Below, one piece after another: positions 8,822-17,138 of a stretch of DNA of 64,000 bases. How positions within the stretch are numbered: position 1 is the stretch's first letter; each line of letters opens with the position of its first letter. The translations under genes were made by a program, and so were the position numbers. The stretch lies in contig CAZIKN010000001.1 of the NCBI GenBank assembly GCA_964539805.1, positions 73,782 through 137,781 of the forward strand. Direction: 5' to 3'. The notes beneath the pieces are model-generated. The model worked only from the letters and a program-made list of their open reading frames with translations, was not told the DNA's origin and made no database searches. This DNA is from an uncultured Saprospiraceae bacterium. Lineage in GTDB: Bacteria; Bacteroidota; Bacteroidia; Chitinophagales; Saprospiraceae.

Positions 8822-11464
8822 CTACTCCACCCTCAATATTTCCCGCAACCGAATATCCGCTGCCGACGCCCCGATCATCACTTTAAAGGTGCCGGGTTCT
8901 ATAATCCTGTTCAGGTGGAGATCCAACATCGTGAGCATTTCGGGTTGTATTTCAAAGGAAAGGGTTTGGGATTCGCCTGCTCGCAGGTGCACGCGCTGAA
9001 AACCTTTCAGTTCCATCACCGGTCGTGATACGGAGGACAGCATATCGCGGATGTACAGTTGCACCACTTCGTCGCCATCTGTATTGCTTGTGTTTTTCAG
9101 GGTAAAAGAAACGGTCGCTGATTCATCGGTTTTGATCGTATTTCGGGACAATTTGATATCGTTGTATTCAAAATCGCTATAACTCAGGCCATACCCAAAC
9201 GGGAAAAGCGGCAGGCCGGATAGGTTGTTGTAATCATCCCCACGCCCCGTGGGCTTGTGGTTGTACACTAAGGGAACTTGCCCCTCGTGCAGTGGGAAGC
9301 TAATTGGCAGCCTCCCGGCAGGGTTATAATCGCCAAACAAAATATCCGCAATAGCATGTCCGCCCTCTTCACCCGGATACCAAACGGCGCCAATGGCATT
9401 CACTTGCTCAATCCAATTGTTCATGGTAATGGCGCTTCCGCCCACTAGCAGAACCACCACGGGTTTGCCGGTAGCGGCCACCGCACGGATCATTTCTTCC
9501 TGATGGCCGGGCAAGGAAAGCAAGGCCCTGTCCTGAAATTCACCTTCTGTAATGCCCACTGTTACGACGGCTATATCGGCTTGTTTTGCAATGGCCACGG
9601 CTTCCTTGATTTTCTGTTGCCAAGGGTTGTTTACACCTATATTCCAGACCAATTTAATGGTGGCATTTCCTTTGGGTTCATAGAATTCAACCTTGATGTC
9701 ATATTGTTGGCCTTTTTCAAAGGTGTAATCAGCCAATACAGTGTTGTAGGATAGTTTTTCCCAATGATCTATAATCAGTTTATGGTTAAGGTACAGTCGA
9801 AAACCATCATTGCCTTCTATACCGATGTTGTATTTCCCTGTTACCGGCGCGGTCAGTTTTCCGCTCCATCGAACAGAATAAAAATCGGCATCCATGCCAG
9901 CAGCAGGGCCGTAGAGCGTCCAGTGAAAATCAATCTTTTTATCGGTGCGCGCCGTAAATGGCTTTCCGCGGAGTGTTACATTGTTGAAATATTCCGCAAG
10001 AAGACCCTCCGTTTTTCCGGTGCTCAATTGCACGGATGGAATGACCACATAATCCTCCGTGAGGCGACCACAGCCCGGCGCGTACCCTACTTCTACGGCC
10101 TTTCCGGCCCTTTGTTGCAGACCCTCGAGGACGCTCACTTTGTTGTTGCCCGGCCCGCTGTAGCCACCCAGCCTTGCCTCTGTGGCATCCGAACCGATCA
10201 CGGCAATACGGCGGATATTTTTTGAAAAAGGCAAGGTTTTATCCTTGTTTTTGAGCAAAACAAATGATTCCAATGCGGCCTGCCTGGCGATTTGCTTGTG
10301 CGAAGGGATCGTTTGGATGTCTTCAGAAATGTACGGGTTCTCAAAAAGGCCGAGTTCAAACTTTGCCCTCAACACCCTGGCCACGGCATCATTGATCCTG
10401 TTACTGTCTATACGGCCATCCAAAAATGGCGGATCAAACAAGAGATGGTGCTTGTATTCGGTTTGGAAAATGACATCAAGGCCGCCGCTGATGGCATGTT
10501 GGCCGCTTTCCGCATAGTCTTTGGCGGTATTGTGCAGCACCAATTCGCCGCCAACTGCATTGGCATCCGAGATCACAAAACCTTTGAACCCCCATTGCTT
10601 TTTCAGTTTTTCCATTAACAGCCAATGGTTGGATGAGGCAGCAACGCCATCCACTGCATTATAAGCTGTCATAATAGAGCGGCTGCCTCCTTTTTCAATG
10701 CAGGCTTTGAAAGGCGGAAAATGGATTTCTTCAAGGTATCTTTCATTGCTGTGGATAGGGTAACTATCCCGGCCACCGTCACCCACATTGGCCACGAAAT
10801 GTTTGGGCGTGGTAATGATGCCCTTTTGTTCAAATGCACGCACAAAGGCGACGCCCATGGCAGCGGATAAAAAGGGGTCTTCTCCGTAGGTTTCCTCTGT
10901 TCGGCCCCAGCGTACATCGCTGGCGATGTTAACCACGGGGGAAAGTATTTGCCGTATGCCCCTTTGTTTGGTTTCTACGGCAATGGCGTTGGCCACGCGC
11001 CCCATCATAGCCGTGTCCCAGCTGGCAGCCAAGGCGATGGATTGCGGGAAAGTGGTGCCACCATCCCTGACCAAGCCATGGAGTGCCTCATCAAAGGGAA
11101 TAATGGGGATGCCCAGCCTTGTTTTTTCTATAAAATGTTTTTGGATACTATTGATTTTCCTGGCCAATGCCGTTGCTGGTTCGCTGGTATTATAGCTCAG
11201 CATCTGACCGCCCACATCGCCCCTGTTACCGGCGCTGACCTGCAAGCCAAAAATTCCGTGCTTGTATTGATCTGCTTCTGCTTGATCCAGATCGCCGGGC
11301 ACCATAAAAAGTTGCCAGAATTTCTCTTCAGGTGTCATCCGCCGGAGCAAGTCTGATACCCGTTTTTCTATTGGCTGATCCTTATTTTTATACAAGGGAT
11401 TATTTTGCGCCTTTAGGGAGACCGCAAAAAGGAGTAAACATACACAATGATATATGGGTGACAT
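8822..11464 (-). CDS. bglX: glycoside hydrolase family 3 beta-glucosidase with PA14 insertion
   Basis: 880 aa with a signal peptide (..FAVSLKAQ). GH3 motifs GIPIIPFDEALHG, KHFVANVG.GGRDS and GFKGFVISDANAV are present. A PA14-like insert follows (GLLAEYFNN...YSVRWSGKL...GFRLYLN). Confidence 0.85.
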   Translation of the reverse strand: MSPIYHCVCLLLFAVSLKAQNNPLYKNKDQPIEKRVSDLLRRMTPEEKFWQLFMVPGDLDQAEADQYKHGIFGLQVSAGNRGDVGGQMLSYNTSEPATALARKINSIQKHFIEKTRLGIPIIPFDEALHGLVRDGGTTFPQSIALAASWDTAMMGRVANAIAVETKQRGIRQILSPVVNIASDVRWGRTEETYGEDPFLSAAMGVAFVRAFEQKGIITTPKHFVANVGDGGRDSYPIHSNERYLEEIHFPPFKACIEKGGSRSIMTAYNAVDGVAASSNHWLLMEKLKKQWGFKGFVISDANAVGGELVLHNTAKDYAESGQHAISGGLDVIFQTEYKHHLLFDPPFLDGRIDSNRINDAVARVLRAKFELGLFENPYISEDIQTIPSHKQIARQAALESFVLLKNKDKTLPFSKNIRRIAVIGSDATEARLGGYSGPGNNKVSVLEGLQQRAGKAVEVGYAPGCGRLTEDYVVIPSVQLSTGKTEGLLAEYFNNVTLRGKPFTARTDKKIDFHWTLYGPAAGMDADFYSVRWSGKLTAPVTGKYNIGIEGNDGFRLYLNHKLIIDHWEKLSYNTVLADYTFEKGQQYDIKVEFYEPKGNATIKLVWNIGVNNPWQQKIKEAVAIAKQADIAVVTVGITEGEFQDRALLSLPGHQEEMIRAVAATGKPVVVLLVGGSAITMNNWIEQVNAIGAVWYPGEEGGHAIADILFGDYNPAGRLPISFPLHEGQVPLVYNHKPTGRGDDYNNLSGLPLFPFGYGLSYSDFEYNDIKLSRNTIKTDESATVSFTLKNTSNTDGDEVVQLYIRDMLSSVSRPVMELKGFQRVHLRAGESQTLSFEIQPEMLTMLDLHLNRIIEPGTFKVMIGASAADIRLREILRVE

Positions 11465-11748
11465 AATTAAGGCAAAATGGGTATCATGTCAAAAAGTGTA
11501 CCATAGCTAAGTGCCACGTCCGGCGAGTGCCCCACTAATCCGAGTGGCCGCTTTTTCCCTTCTTTTCGTTGCCCGGCGGTTAAAATGTCCCTTTCTTCCG
11601 TTGTTTCCTCCTTCTCCTTTTGATTATTTCCATCGTGAAGAAAAGCATGGCTGGAATTTTCCCGCTCAGGGCCATTGTATTTTTCTAAGCAACTGATATG
11701 GTTGATCAAAAAATACCTGACCTTTGCTTTTATTCATCAATATAGCCT

Positions 11749-12522
11749 ATGCAAAAAATAGGGATCATAGGGGCAGGCCGCATCGCCTATCACCTTGGCA
11801 AACGCCTGAAAGGCAAGGGCTTGCGCGTGCAGCAGGTCATTAGTCGCACCGAGGAGCACGCACGTGCGCTTGGGCAGGCGTTGGGTGCCAACTGGGCCAC
11901 AGATTGGTCGGCAGTGCATCCTGACACGGATTGGCTCTTGGTGGCCGTGCGCGATGATGTCATTGAGGAAGTAGCCGCTGCCTTGTCGCCACATGTGCCG
12001 TCAGCCTTGGTTACCCACACTTCTGGTGCCACGCCCGGCGCTATTCTGAAGCCTTATTTTGAGCGATACGGTGTGTTTTACCCCTTGCAGTCCTTCTCCT
12101 TTGATCGTTCGCCCATTTGGTCCAAAATACCCTTTTGTGTGGACGCAAGCCGACATGAAGATCTGCTTCACTTGAAAAAAGTGGCTAAAATCATAGGCAA
12201 TTTGGTGTATCAGGTCAATGATGAGCAAAGGGCCTTCCTACATGTAGCAGCAGTGTTTGCCAATAATTTTGCCAACCATTGCTTTGCCATCGCCGAAAAA
12301 ATATTGGATGAAAAAGACCTGCCCTTTGAAATGCTGCATCCGCTCATGGAAGAAACCGTGGCCAAGGCCTTGCTGGATTCTCCAGAGCGGATGCAAACGG
12401 GGCCTGCCCTTCGCGGCGACACCGATACGCTACTCAAACACCTGAGCCTTTTGGAACATCACCCTGATTGGCAGCAGATGTACCGCATGCTATCCAAAGG
12501 AATCAATGATCAGGTGCTGTAG
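11749..12522 (+). CDS. Rossmann-fold NAD(P)-binding protein with DUF2520-like C-terminal domain
   Basis: The N-terminal IGIIGAGRIAYHLGKRL dinucleotide-binding motif is present. Overall length and layout match the DUF2520 family common in Bacteroidota. Confidence 0.55.
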   Translation: MQKIGIIGAGRIAYHLGKRLKGKGLRVQQVISRTEEHARALGQALGANWATDWSAVHPDTDWLLVAVRDDVIEEVAAALSPHVPSALVTHTSGATPGAILKPYFERYGVFYPLQSFSFDRSPIWSKIPFCVDASRHEDLLHLKKVAKIIGNLVYQVNDEQRAFLHVAAVFANNFANHCFAIAEKILDEKDLPFEMLHPLMEETVAKALLDSPERMQTGPALRGDTDTLLKHLSLLEHHPDWQQMYRMLSKGINDQVL

Positions 12523-12547
12523 TGATAAATTGGGGAATGTGATAATG
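12522..12547. repeat. dispersed motif copy GTGATAAATTGGGGAATGTGATAAT
   Basis: Nearly identical to 2263-2288 (GTGATAATTTTGGGAATGTGATAAT). It starts at the last base of the stop codon of the 11749-12522 gene, in a convergent spacer. Confidence 0.85.
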
Positions 12548-12616
12548 GCGGCTTCGGCCGGACATCTCAGGTAATCATCGGCCAGGCTTAAGTCAACGGC
12601 ATTGAGCAAGAGCCTA

Positions 12617-13261
12617 TTAATCGCGCTCGGTTCGAATCCGTTTGTCGCGATTGCCACTGTCGGAGTAGCGCTTGTGGTAACGGCCCCAGGAAAATCCAAA
12701 TTTGAGGCTCAATTGACCATAGGCACCACTGAGCTGTTCATTGCTTAAGGATACATAATCGCTGTTGTTAACAAAGCGGTATCCGCCTTCCAGGCCAACG
12801 CGAAACCAGCGGAACACATTGATTTCCAAGCCACCGGAAGGGTGCATAAAGAGCATTTCATCCGTGCCTTCGTTTTGAAGTTTGGTTCGGGCACGACCGA
12901 TCTCAAAGTTCAGCACGGGGTGAATGGCCCTGTAAGGTATAAAGGCATAACTGATTTTGGCGCCGTTGTAGCGCGTGATATCAAAACGGCGGGTTTCGTT
13001 GTTGCGAAGCAAAATATCATCGCGCAGGCGGTAGTTGCTCCAACCGATGCTGAGGGATTTGCCAAATTCAAAACCAAAAAAACCACCGCGGTTCCAGCCT
13101 TCGGTAGCATCATAATTAGTCAGTTGATGGGAGTATCCGCCCCAAATACCGCTGAAACCCCAACCGCGCTCCCCGATCAGGGTTTCTTCACGCTGGGCCA
13201 TGGCAGTATTGAGCAAAATAAAGGAAAATAAAATAAACAGAAAAGACTTTGCGAACTTCAT
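12617..13261 (-). CDS. outer-membrane beta-barrel protein (OmpW/porin-like small barrel)
   Basis: Signal peptide MKFAKSFLFILFSFILLNTAMAQ from the internal ATG at 13261. The protein shows alternating aromatic/glycine beta-strand patterning and a C-terminal ..LSLKFGFSW aromatic end. Confidence 0.55.
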   Translation of the reverse strand: MKFAKSFLFILFSFILLNTAMAQREETLIGERGWGFSGIWGGYSHQLTNYDATEGWNRGGFFGFEFGKSLSIGWSNYRLRDDILLRNNETRRFDITRYNGAKISYAFIPYRAIHPVLNFEIGRARTKLQNEGTDEMLFMHPSGGLEINVFRWFRVGLEGGYRFVNNSDYVSLSNEQLSGAYGQLSLKFGFSWGRYHKRYSDSGNRDKRIRTERD

Positions 13262-13372
13262 ACGTGAACAGTTTGTCAGGTTAAAAAATGCTTGTTGCAG
13301 AAAATGATACGACGGTTGAACGGACAAAAACGTTACACGAGGGTTGCAGTTCCTAACATGATTTTAACTAAA

Positions 13373-14233
13373 TCAAAATAAAGCGCCTTGGCTCATCACT
13401 TCATCCAATTCTATACTTTCTGTTTCTATATTATCATAGGTCTCAAGGGGAGTGTCGGGCAGTAAGCGCTTGACAATACGCAATTGGTGGGTATAACGGT
13501 TCAGGTCTTTATTGAAAATACCGAAATGGTCCAATTTATCAATGCGTACTTTACCTGAGGCGTGTATAATGTGGCAATCAGGCAAGATAAGGCCGACATG
13601 GGTAATTTGGCCCTTGCCGTTGTCAAAAAAGGCCAGGTCTCCCGTCTGGCATTGCTCCATAAAATCAACCGGGCGGCCCTGCGTCACCTGTTGTGAGGCA
13701 TCGCGGAGGAGGCGGATGCCCGCTATCTTGAACACCATTTGGGTAAAACCAGAGCAATCAATGCCAAATGGAGAGCGTCCGCCCCACAGATAGGGTGCAT
13801 TCAAATAACGGCGGGCTACTTTGATCACCCAATCGGCTGTACCCGGCGAATGGCCAGGGGTGACCACAGGCCCCGAAAACTGAAAAAACTGCTCTCCCAG
13901 CTGACAGCGCAGTCCATCATAACAGGGCAATGATGCCCCTAAGGTAATGGGCATAAAATGATCAGCGGCCATCAGGCCTTCCACCAAAGAAAGGGAAACA
14001 GCATGCTGTGCTGTATAGGCTTCATATTCTCCTGCACTCAGTGTTTTAAGTTGCTTGGCATCCACCCAACCGATGTAACCATCCCAAGCGCAGCTGACCA
14101 TGCGCCAGTTATCCTTTGACTCCTGTATCTGCACGGTTTCACCAAACAGCAACTGGGATACCATCTCGCTTTTATCAGAAGGCTGAGCACGCAAAGGCGC
14201 AATAGACACAGCGCAAACGGCGTAGGGGGACAT
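13373..14233 (-). CDS. C40 (NlpC/P60) family peptidase with N-terminal SH3b domains
   Basis: The catalytic region YLWGGRSPFGIDCSGFTQMVF ... GDLAFF....ITHVGL is present. The N-terminal SH3b-like motif is IAPLRAQPSDKSEMVSQLLFGE. Confidence 0.85.
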   Translation of the reverse strand: MSPYAVCAVSIAPLRAQPSDKSEMVSQLLFGETVQIQESKDNWRMVSCAWDGYIGWVDAKQLKTLSAGEYEAYTAQHAVSLSLVEGLMAADHFMPITLGASLPCYDGLRCQLGEQFFQFSGPVVTPGHSPGTADWVIKVARRYLNAPYLWGGRSPFGIDCSGFTQMVFKIAGIRLLRDASQQVTQGRPVDFMEQCQTGDLAFFDNGKGQITHVGLILPDCHIIHASGKVRIDKLDHFGIFNKDLNRYTHQLRIVKRLLPDTPLETYDNIETESIELDEVMSQGALF

Positions 14234-14235
14234 TT

Positions 14236-14258
14236 GAGTGATGAATTATGAGTGATGA
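14236..14258. repeat. direct 9-mer repeat GAGTGATGA-ATTAT-GAGTGATGA
   Basis: Read directly. It fills the 26-nt spacer between the M42 stop (14260) and the C40 peptidase start (14233). GTGATGA is a variant of the GTGATAA motif. Confidence 0.8.
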
Positions 14259-14259
14259 G

Positions 14260-15372
14260 TTAAATTTCTTTAAAATAACGGAAGTCATGGTTGGCTTTGA
14301 TGCGCTTGAGGCTTTCAAAAATCAGGCGAATCAAGTTGTTGACATCGTCTTTGTGCACCATTTCCACCGTGGTGTGCATGTAGCGCAAGGGCAGCGAGAT
14401 CAAAGCCGAGGGTACACCACCGTTAGAGTAGGCAAATGCATCGGTGTCCGTACCGGTAAATCGGCTGGCAGCCTCGCGCTGGAAAGGGATCTGGTTATCC
14501 GTGGCAGCTTCAATGATCAGGTCCAACAGTTTTTGATGTACAGCGGGCGCATAGGTTACGGTAGGGCCATTGCCGCAGCGCACATCTCCATGCTTTTTAG
14601 AACTCATCATTGGGGTGTGAGTATCATGGGTCACATCCGTTACGATGGCCACGTTGGGCTTTATGGTTTGGGCTATCATTTCGGCACCGCGCAGCCCAAC
14701 TTCTTCTTGCACGGAATTGACCACATAAAGGGTGTAGGGCAACTCCACTTTTTGTTCGTTAATCAGTCTGGCTACTTCCGCTATACAAAAACCGCCCACG
14801 CGGTTGTCAATGGCACGGCAGGCGTAATAGCGGTCGTTCAGCGTAGTAAACTCATCTTGAAAGGTAACCACGCAACCTACGTGAATACCCATTTTGAGCA
14901 CCTCTTCCCGATCTTTTGCACCTACATCAATAGTCAGGTTGTCCTGGGCGGGCGCCACGTTGGAGTCTTTATCGCTACGGGTATGTATGGCAGGCCAGCC
15001 AAATACGCCTTGAACCTTGCCCCCCTGACGCAGGTGTATCCATACGCGCATACTGGGTGCGATGAGGTAATCACTTCCGCCATTGCGTATGATGTGGATA
15101 AAACCATCGTCCGTGATATAATGAACAAACCAGGAAATCTCGTCGGCATGGCCTTCTATGACCACCTTAAAGTCTTTACCGGGGTTGATAATGCCATAAG
15201 CAGTACCATAATTATCTAATTGCCAGTCGTGTATATATGGTTTAAGGTATTCAAGCCATAATTTTTGGCCTGGAGCTTCGAATCCAGTGGGGCTGAAGTT
15301 GTTGAGATAGCGGCGAAGGAAAGCCTCTGAATGTGCTGTTAAGATAGGTGATGCAACCGATGCGTTGTCCAT
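14260..15372 (-). CDS. M42 family metallo-aminopeptidase (FrvX / glutamyl aminopeptidase-like)
   Basis: 370 aa. VIEGHADEISW, RAIDNRVG, VQEEVGLRGA and a C-terminal ..YMHTTVEMV are typical M42 signatures. Confidence 0.8.
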   Translation of the reverse strand: MDNASVASPILTAHSEAFLRRYLNNFSPTGFEAPGQKLWLEYLKPYIHDWQLDNYGTAYGIINPGKDFKVVIEGHADEISWFVHYITDDGFIHIIRNGGSDYLIAPSMRVWIHLRQGGKVQGVFGWPAIHTRSDKDSNVAPAQDNLTIDVGAKDREEVLKMGIHVGCVVTFQDEFTTLNDRYYACRAIDNRVGGFCIAEVARLINEQKVELPYTLYVVNSVQEEVGLRGAEMIAQTIKPNVAIVTDVTHDTHTPMMSSKKHGDVRCGNGPTVTYAPAVHQKLLDLIIEAATDNQIPFQREAASRFTGTDTDAFAYSNGGVPSALISLPLRYMHTTVEMVHKDDVNNLIRLIFESLKRIKANHDFRYFKEI

Positions 15373-16025
15373 TTAATAAAAGTATAATAGCGGGATTTTT
15401 AGCCGAAATATCGGCTGCAAAGGAAATAATATTTTTATTAGTTCATCAAAAATTGGTTGTGGATAAGGCAATTCTGAATAATTCTGATTTATTTTTTGAA
15501 AATACAACAATATTATTTTGCACAAAAAACATATTATTTAATTGATTTTCAATTAAATAAAAAAATAAAGCAACGACAAACAAGAAAATCTGTTTTTGCG
15601 TCAAGCATACAGATCCTCTCATGTTTGTGGAACAATTGGCGCACTAACAAAAGAAACACGTCATTGCACCGAAAGAATTTACCAATAAAAAGAAGGATAA
15701 ATATGTTTACAATTCCTGAAAATGTTACCTTTACGGCGATTATTTATTTTACTCCAAACACTAACGGCAAAATCACCTCCAATCCCGATTGCGCTGTTTT
15801 TCCTGCCACTCCGTGTTGTTCTTGTGAAAAGCGTTGACCTGTGTGCACTGGTTAATCGCCATTGGTATGCTTTTTGCCTTTTTAACATATGGTATAAGCG
15901 CCTACCCATATATGGTTAATTTATATCAAATCAAACCCCAATTTGGTTACCAATAAAACTTTAACCGTTTGTTTTCCGAAAATAGAGCAAACGTTTTTTC
16001 CATAAATAATAAATTTTAGACGCCT

Positions 16026-17105
16026 GTGATAAAAGTTTTCACAACCCCGCGTTTTCTTTTCCTGATTTGCCTGTTCATTTGGCAAAATGTGGCCTCGTAT
16101 GCTCAGGACATCCATTTTTCCCAGTTTGGCAATTCGCCACTAAACCTCAACCCTGCACAAGCGGGCGTATTTGGAGGTGACATGCGCTTTGTAGGTAACT
16201 ATCGTGACCAATGGCGCTCTGACAGAAACCAGCCTTTGGTGCCTTACCTGACTTTTTCAGGAAGTTTGGAGAACAAAATCTACTTCAATCCGGGCCGTTA
16301 TGACCGGTTTCTCACCGGCTCCATTTTGTTCAATTATGACCGCCAAGGTGATCTGCGCCTCACCTCCCTTCAGATAGGCTTCCCAATTAGCCTTACCCTG
16401 CCTGTAGCCAGCGGCCATTTCCTGACTTTTGGGGTCACCCCTATGTTTGCGCAAAGGGCAGTCAACAGCGACCAATGGAGTTTTGACGCACAATGGTTTG
16501 ACTGCATGTACAATCCTGGTGCCCCCATACGTGAGAACCAATTGGTTGCCAATGATGCTATCCGATATTTTGACCTCAGTGCCGGCTTAAATTATCGGCT
16601 CCAGGCTCAATCCTCTCGCACACGCCTCAATTTTGGGGCAGCCATGCATCATATCAACCGCCCGCACCATGATTTTTGGTCCGCCTCCTTGACCGATCCA
16701 GGCCAGATACGCTTGTACAATAAACTCACCCTTCAGGGCCAAGCCCTGATTCAGGCTACGGCCAACATGGATTTCATTGGCCAGGCTGTGCACCAAAGCC
16801 AGGGTACCTATCGCGAATTCGTTTACGGTGTTGCGGCACGCCTGCACCTCAACCGAAATCCTTACAAAGAATTGGCCCTTCAGGTAGGTGTGGACATGCG
16901 CAACAACCGGCGCAACAATGACGCTCTCATACCATCCATAACCGTGCTGTACAAAACCTGGCAGTTGGGCCTCAGCTATGACGCCAATGTATGGACTGAC
17001 GTTGAACGCGTAACCAGAGGACGCGGCGGCCCGGAACTCTCCTTGATCCACCGTTTGTATCGGGTAAAACCGTTGCCGGTGTTCAAGACCTGCCCTATCA
17101 TGTAA
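16026..17105 (+). CDS. type IX secretion system membrane protein, PorP/SprF family
   Basis: The N-terminus (signal peptide then AQDIHFSQFGNSPLNLNPAQAG..GDMRFVGNYRDQW) is the hallmark PorP/SprF motif. The predicted start is GTG. Confidence 0.85.
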   Translation: MIKVFTTPRFLFLICLFIWQNVASYAQDIHFSQFGNSPLNLNPAQAGVFGGDMRFVGNYRDQWRSDRNQPLVPYLTFSGSLENKIYFNPGRYDRFLTGSILFNYDRQGDLRLTSLQIGFPISLTLPVASGHFLTFGVTPMFAQRAVNSDQWSFDAQWFDCMYNPGAPIRENQLVANDAIRYFDLSAGLNYRLQAQSSRTRLNFGAAMHHINRPHHDFWSASLTDPGQIRLYNKLTLQGQALIQATANMDFIGQAVHQSQGTYREFVYGVAARLHLNRNPYKELALQVGVDMRNNRRNNDALIPSITVLYKTWQLGLSYDANVWTDVERVTRGRGGPELSLIHRLYRVKPLPVFKTCPIM

Positions 17106-17138
17106 TCCACCGTTCCAAAAACTCACCTTTTTTATATA

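Noticed and set aside
8742-8999. 85-aa plus-strand ORF after the twin hairpins
   Set aside because: It overlaps the 3' end of the GH3 gene in antisense and lies downstream of two terminator hairpins, with no motifs.
11467-11709. 80-aa minus-strand ORF and 61-aa plus-strand ORF in the GH3 / DUF2520 spacer
   Set aside because: The Lys/Glu/Gly-rich translation is a by-product of the purine-rich tract. There is no start context or conservation signal, so I treat the region as non-coding leader.
14248-15219. 323-aa plus-strand ORF
   Set aside because: It lies entirely antisense to the well-supported M42 peptidase gene. Its composition is low-complexity (many G/V/H) with no recognisable motifs, so it is a shadow ORF.
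15496-15837. 113-aa ORF in the long AT-rich spacer
   Set aside because: The first ~70 codons are Lys/Asn/Ile-rich AT-driven sequence. Only the last 44 codons were kept, as a low-confidence mini-ORF observation.
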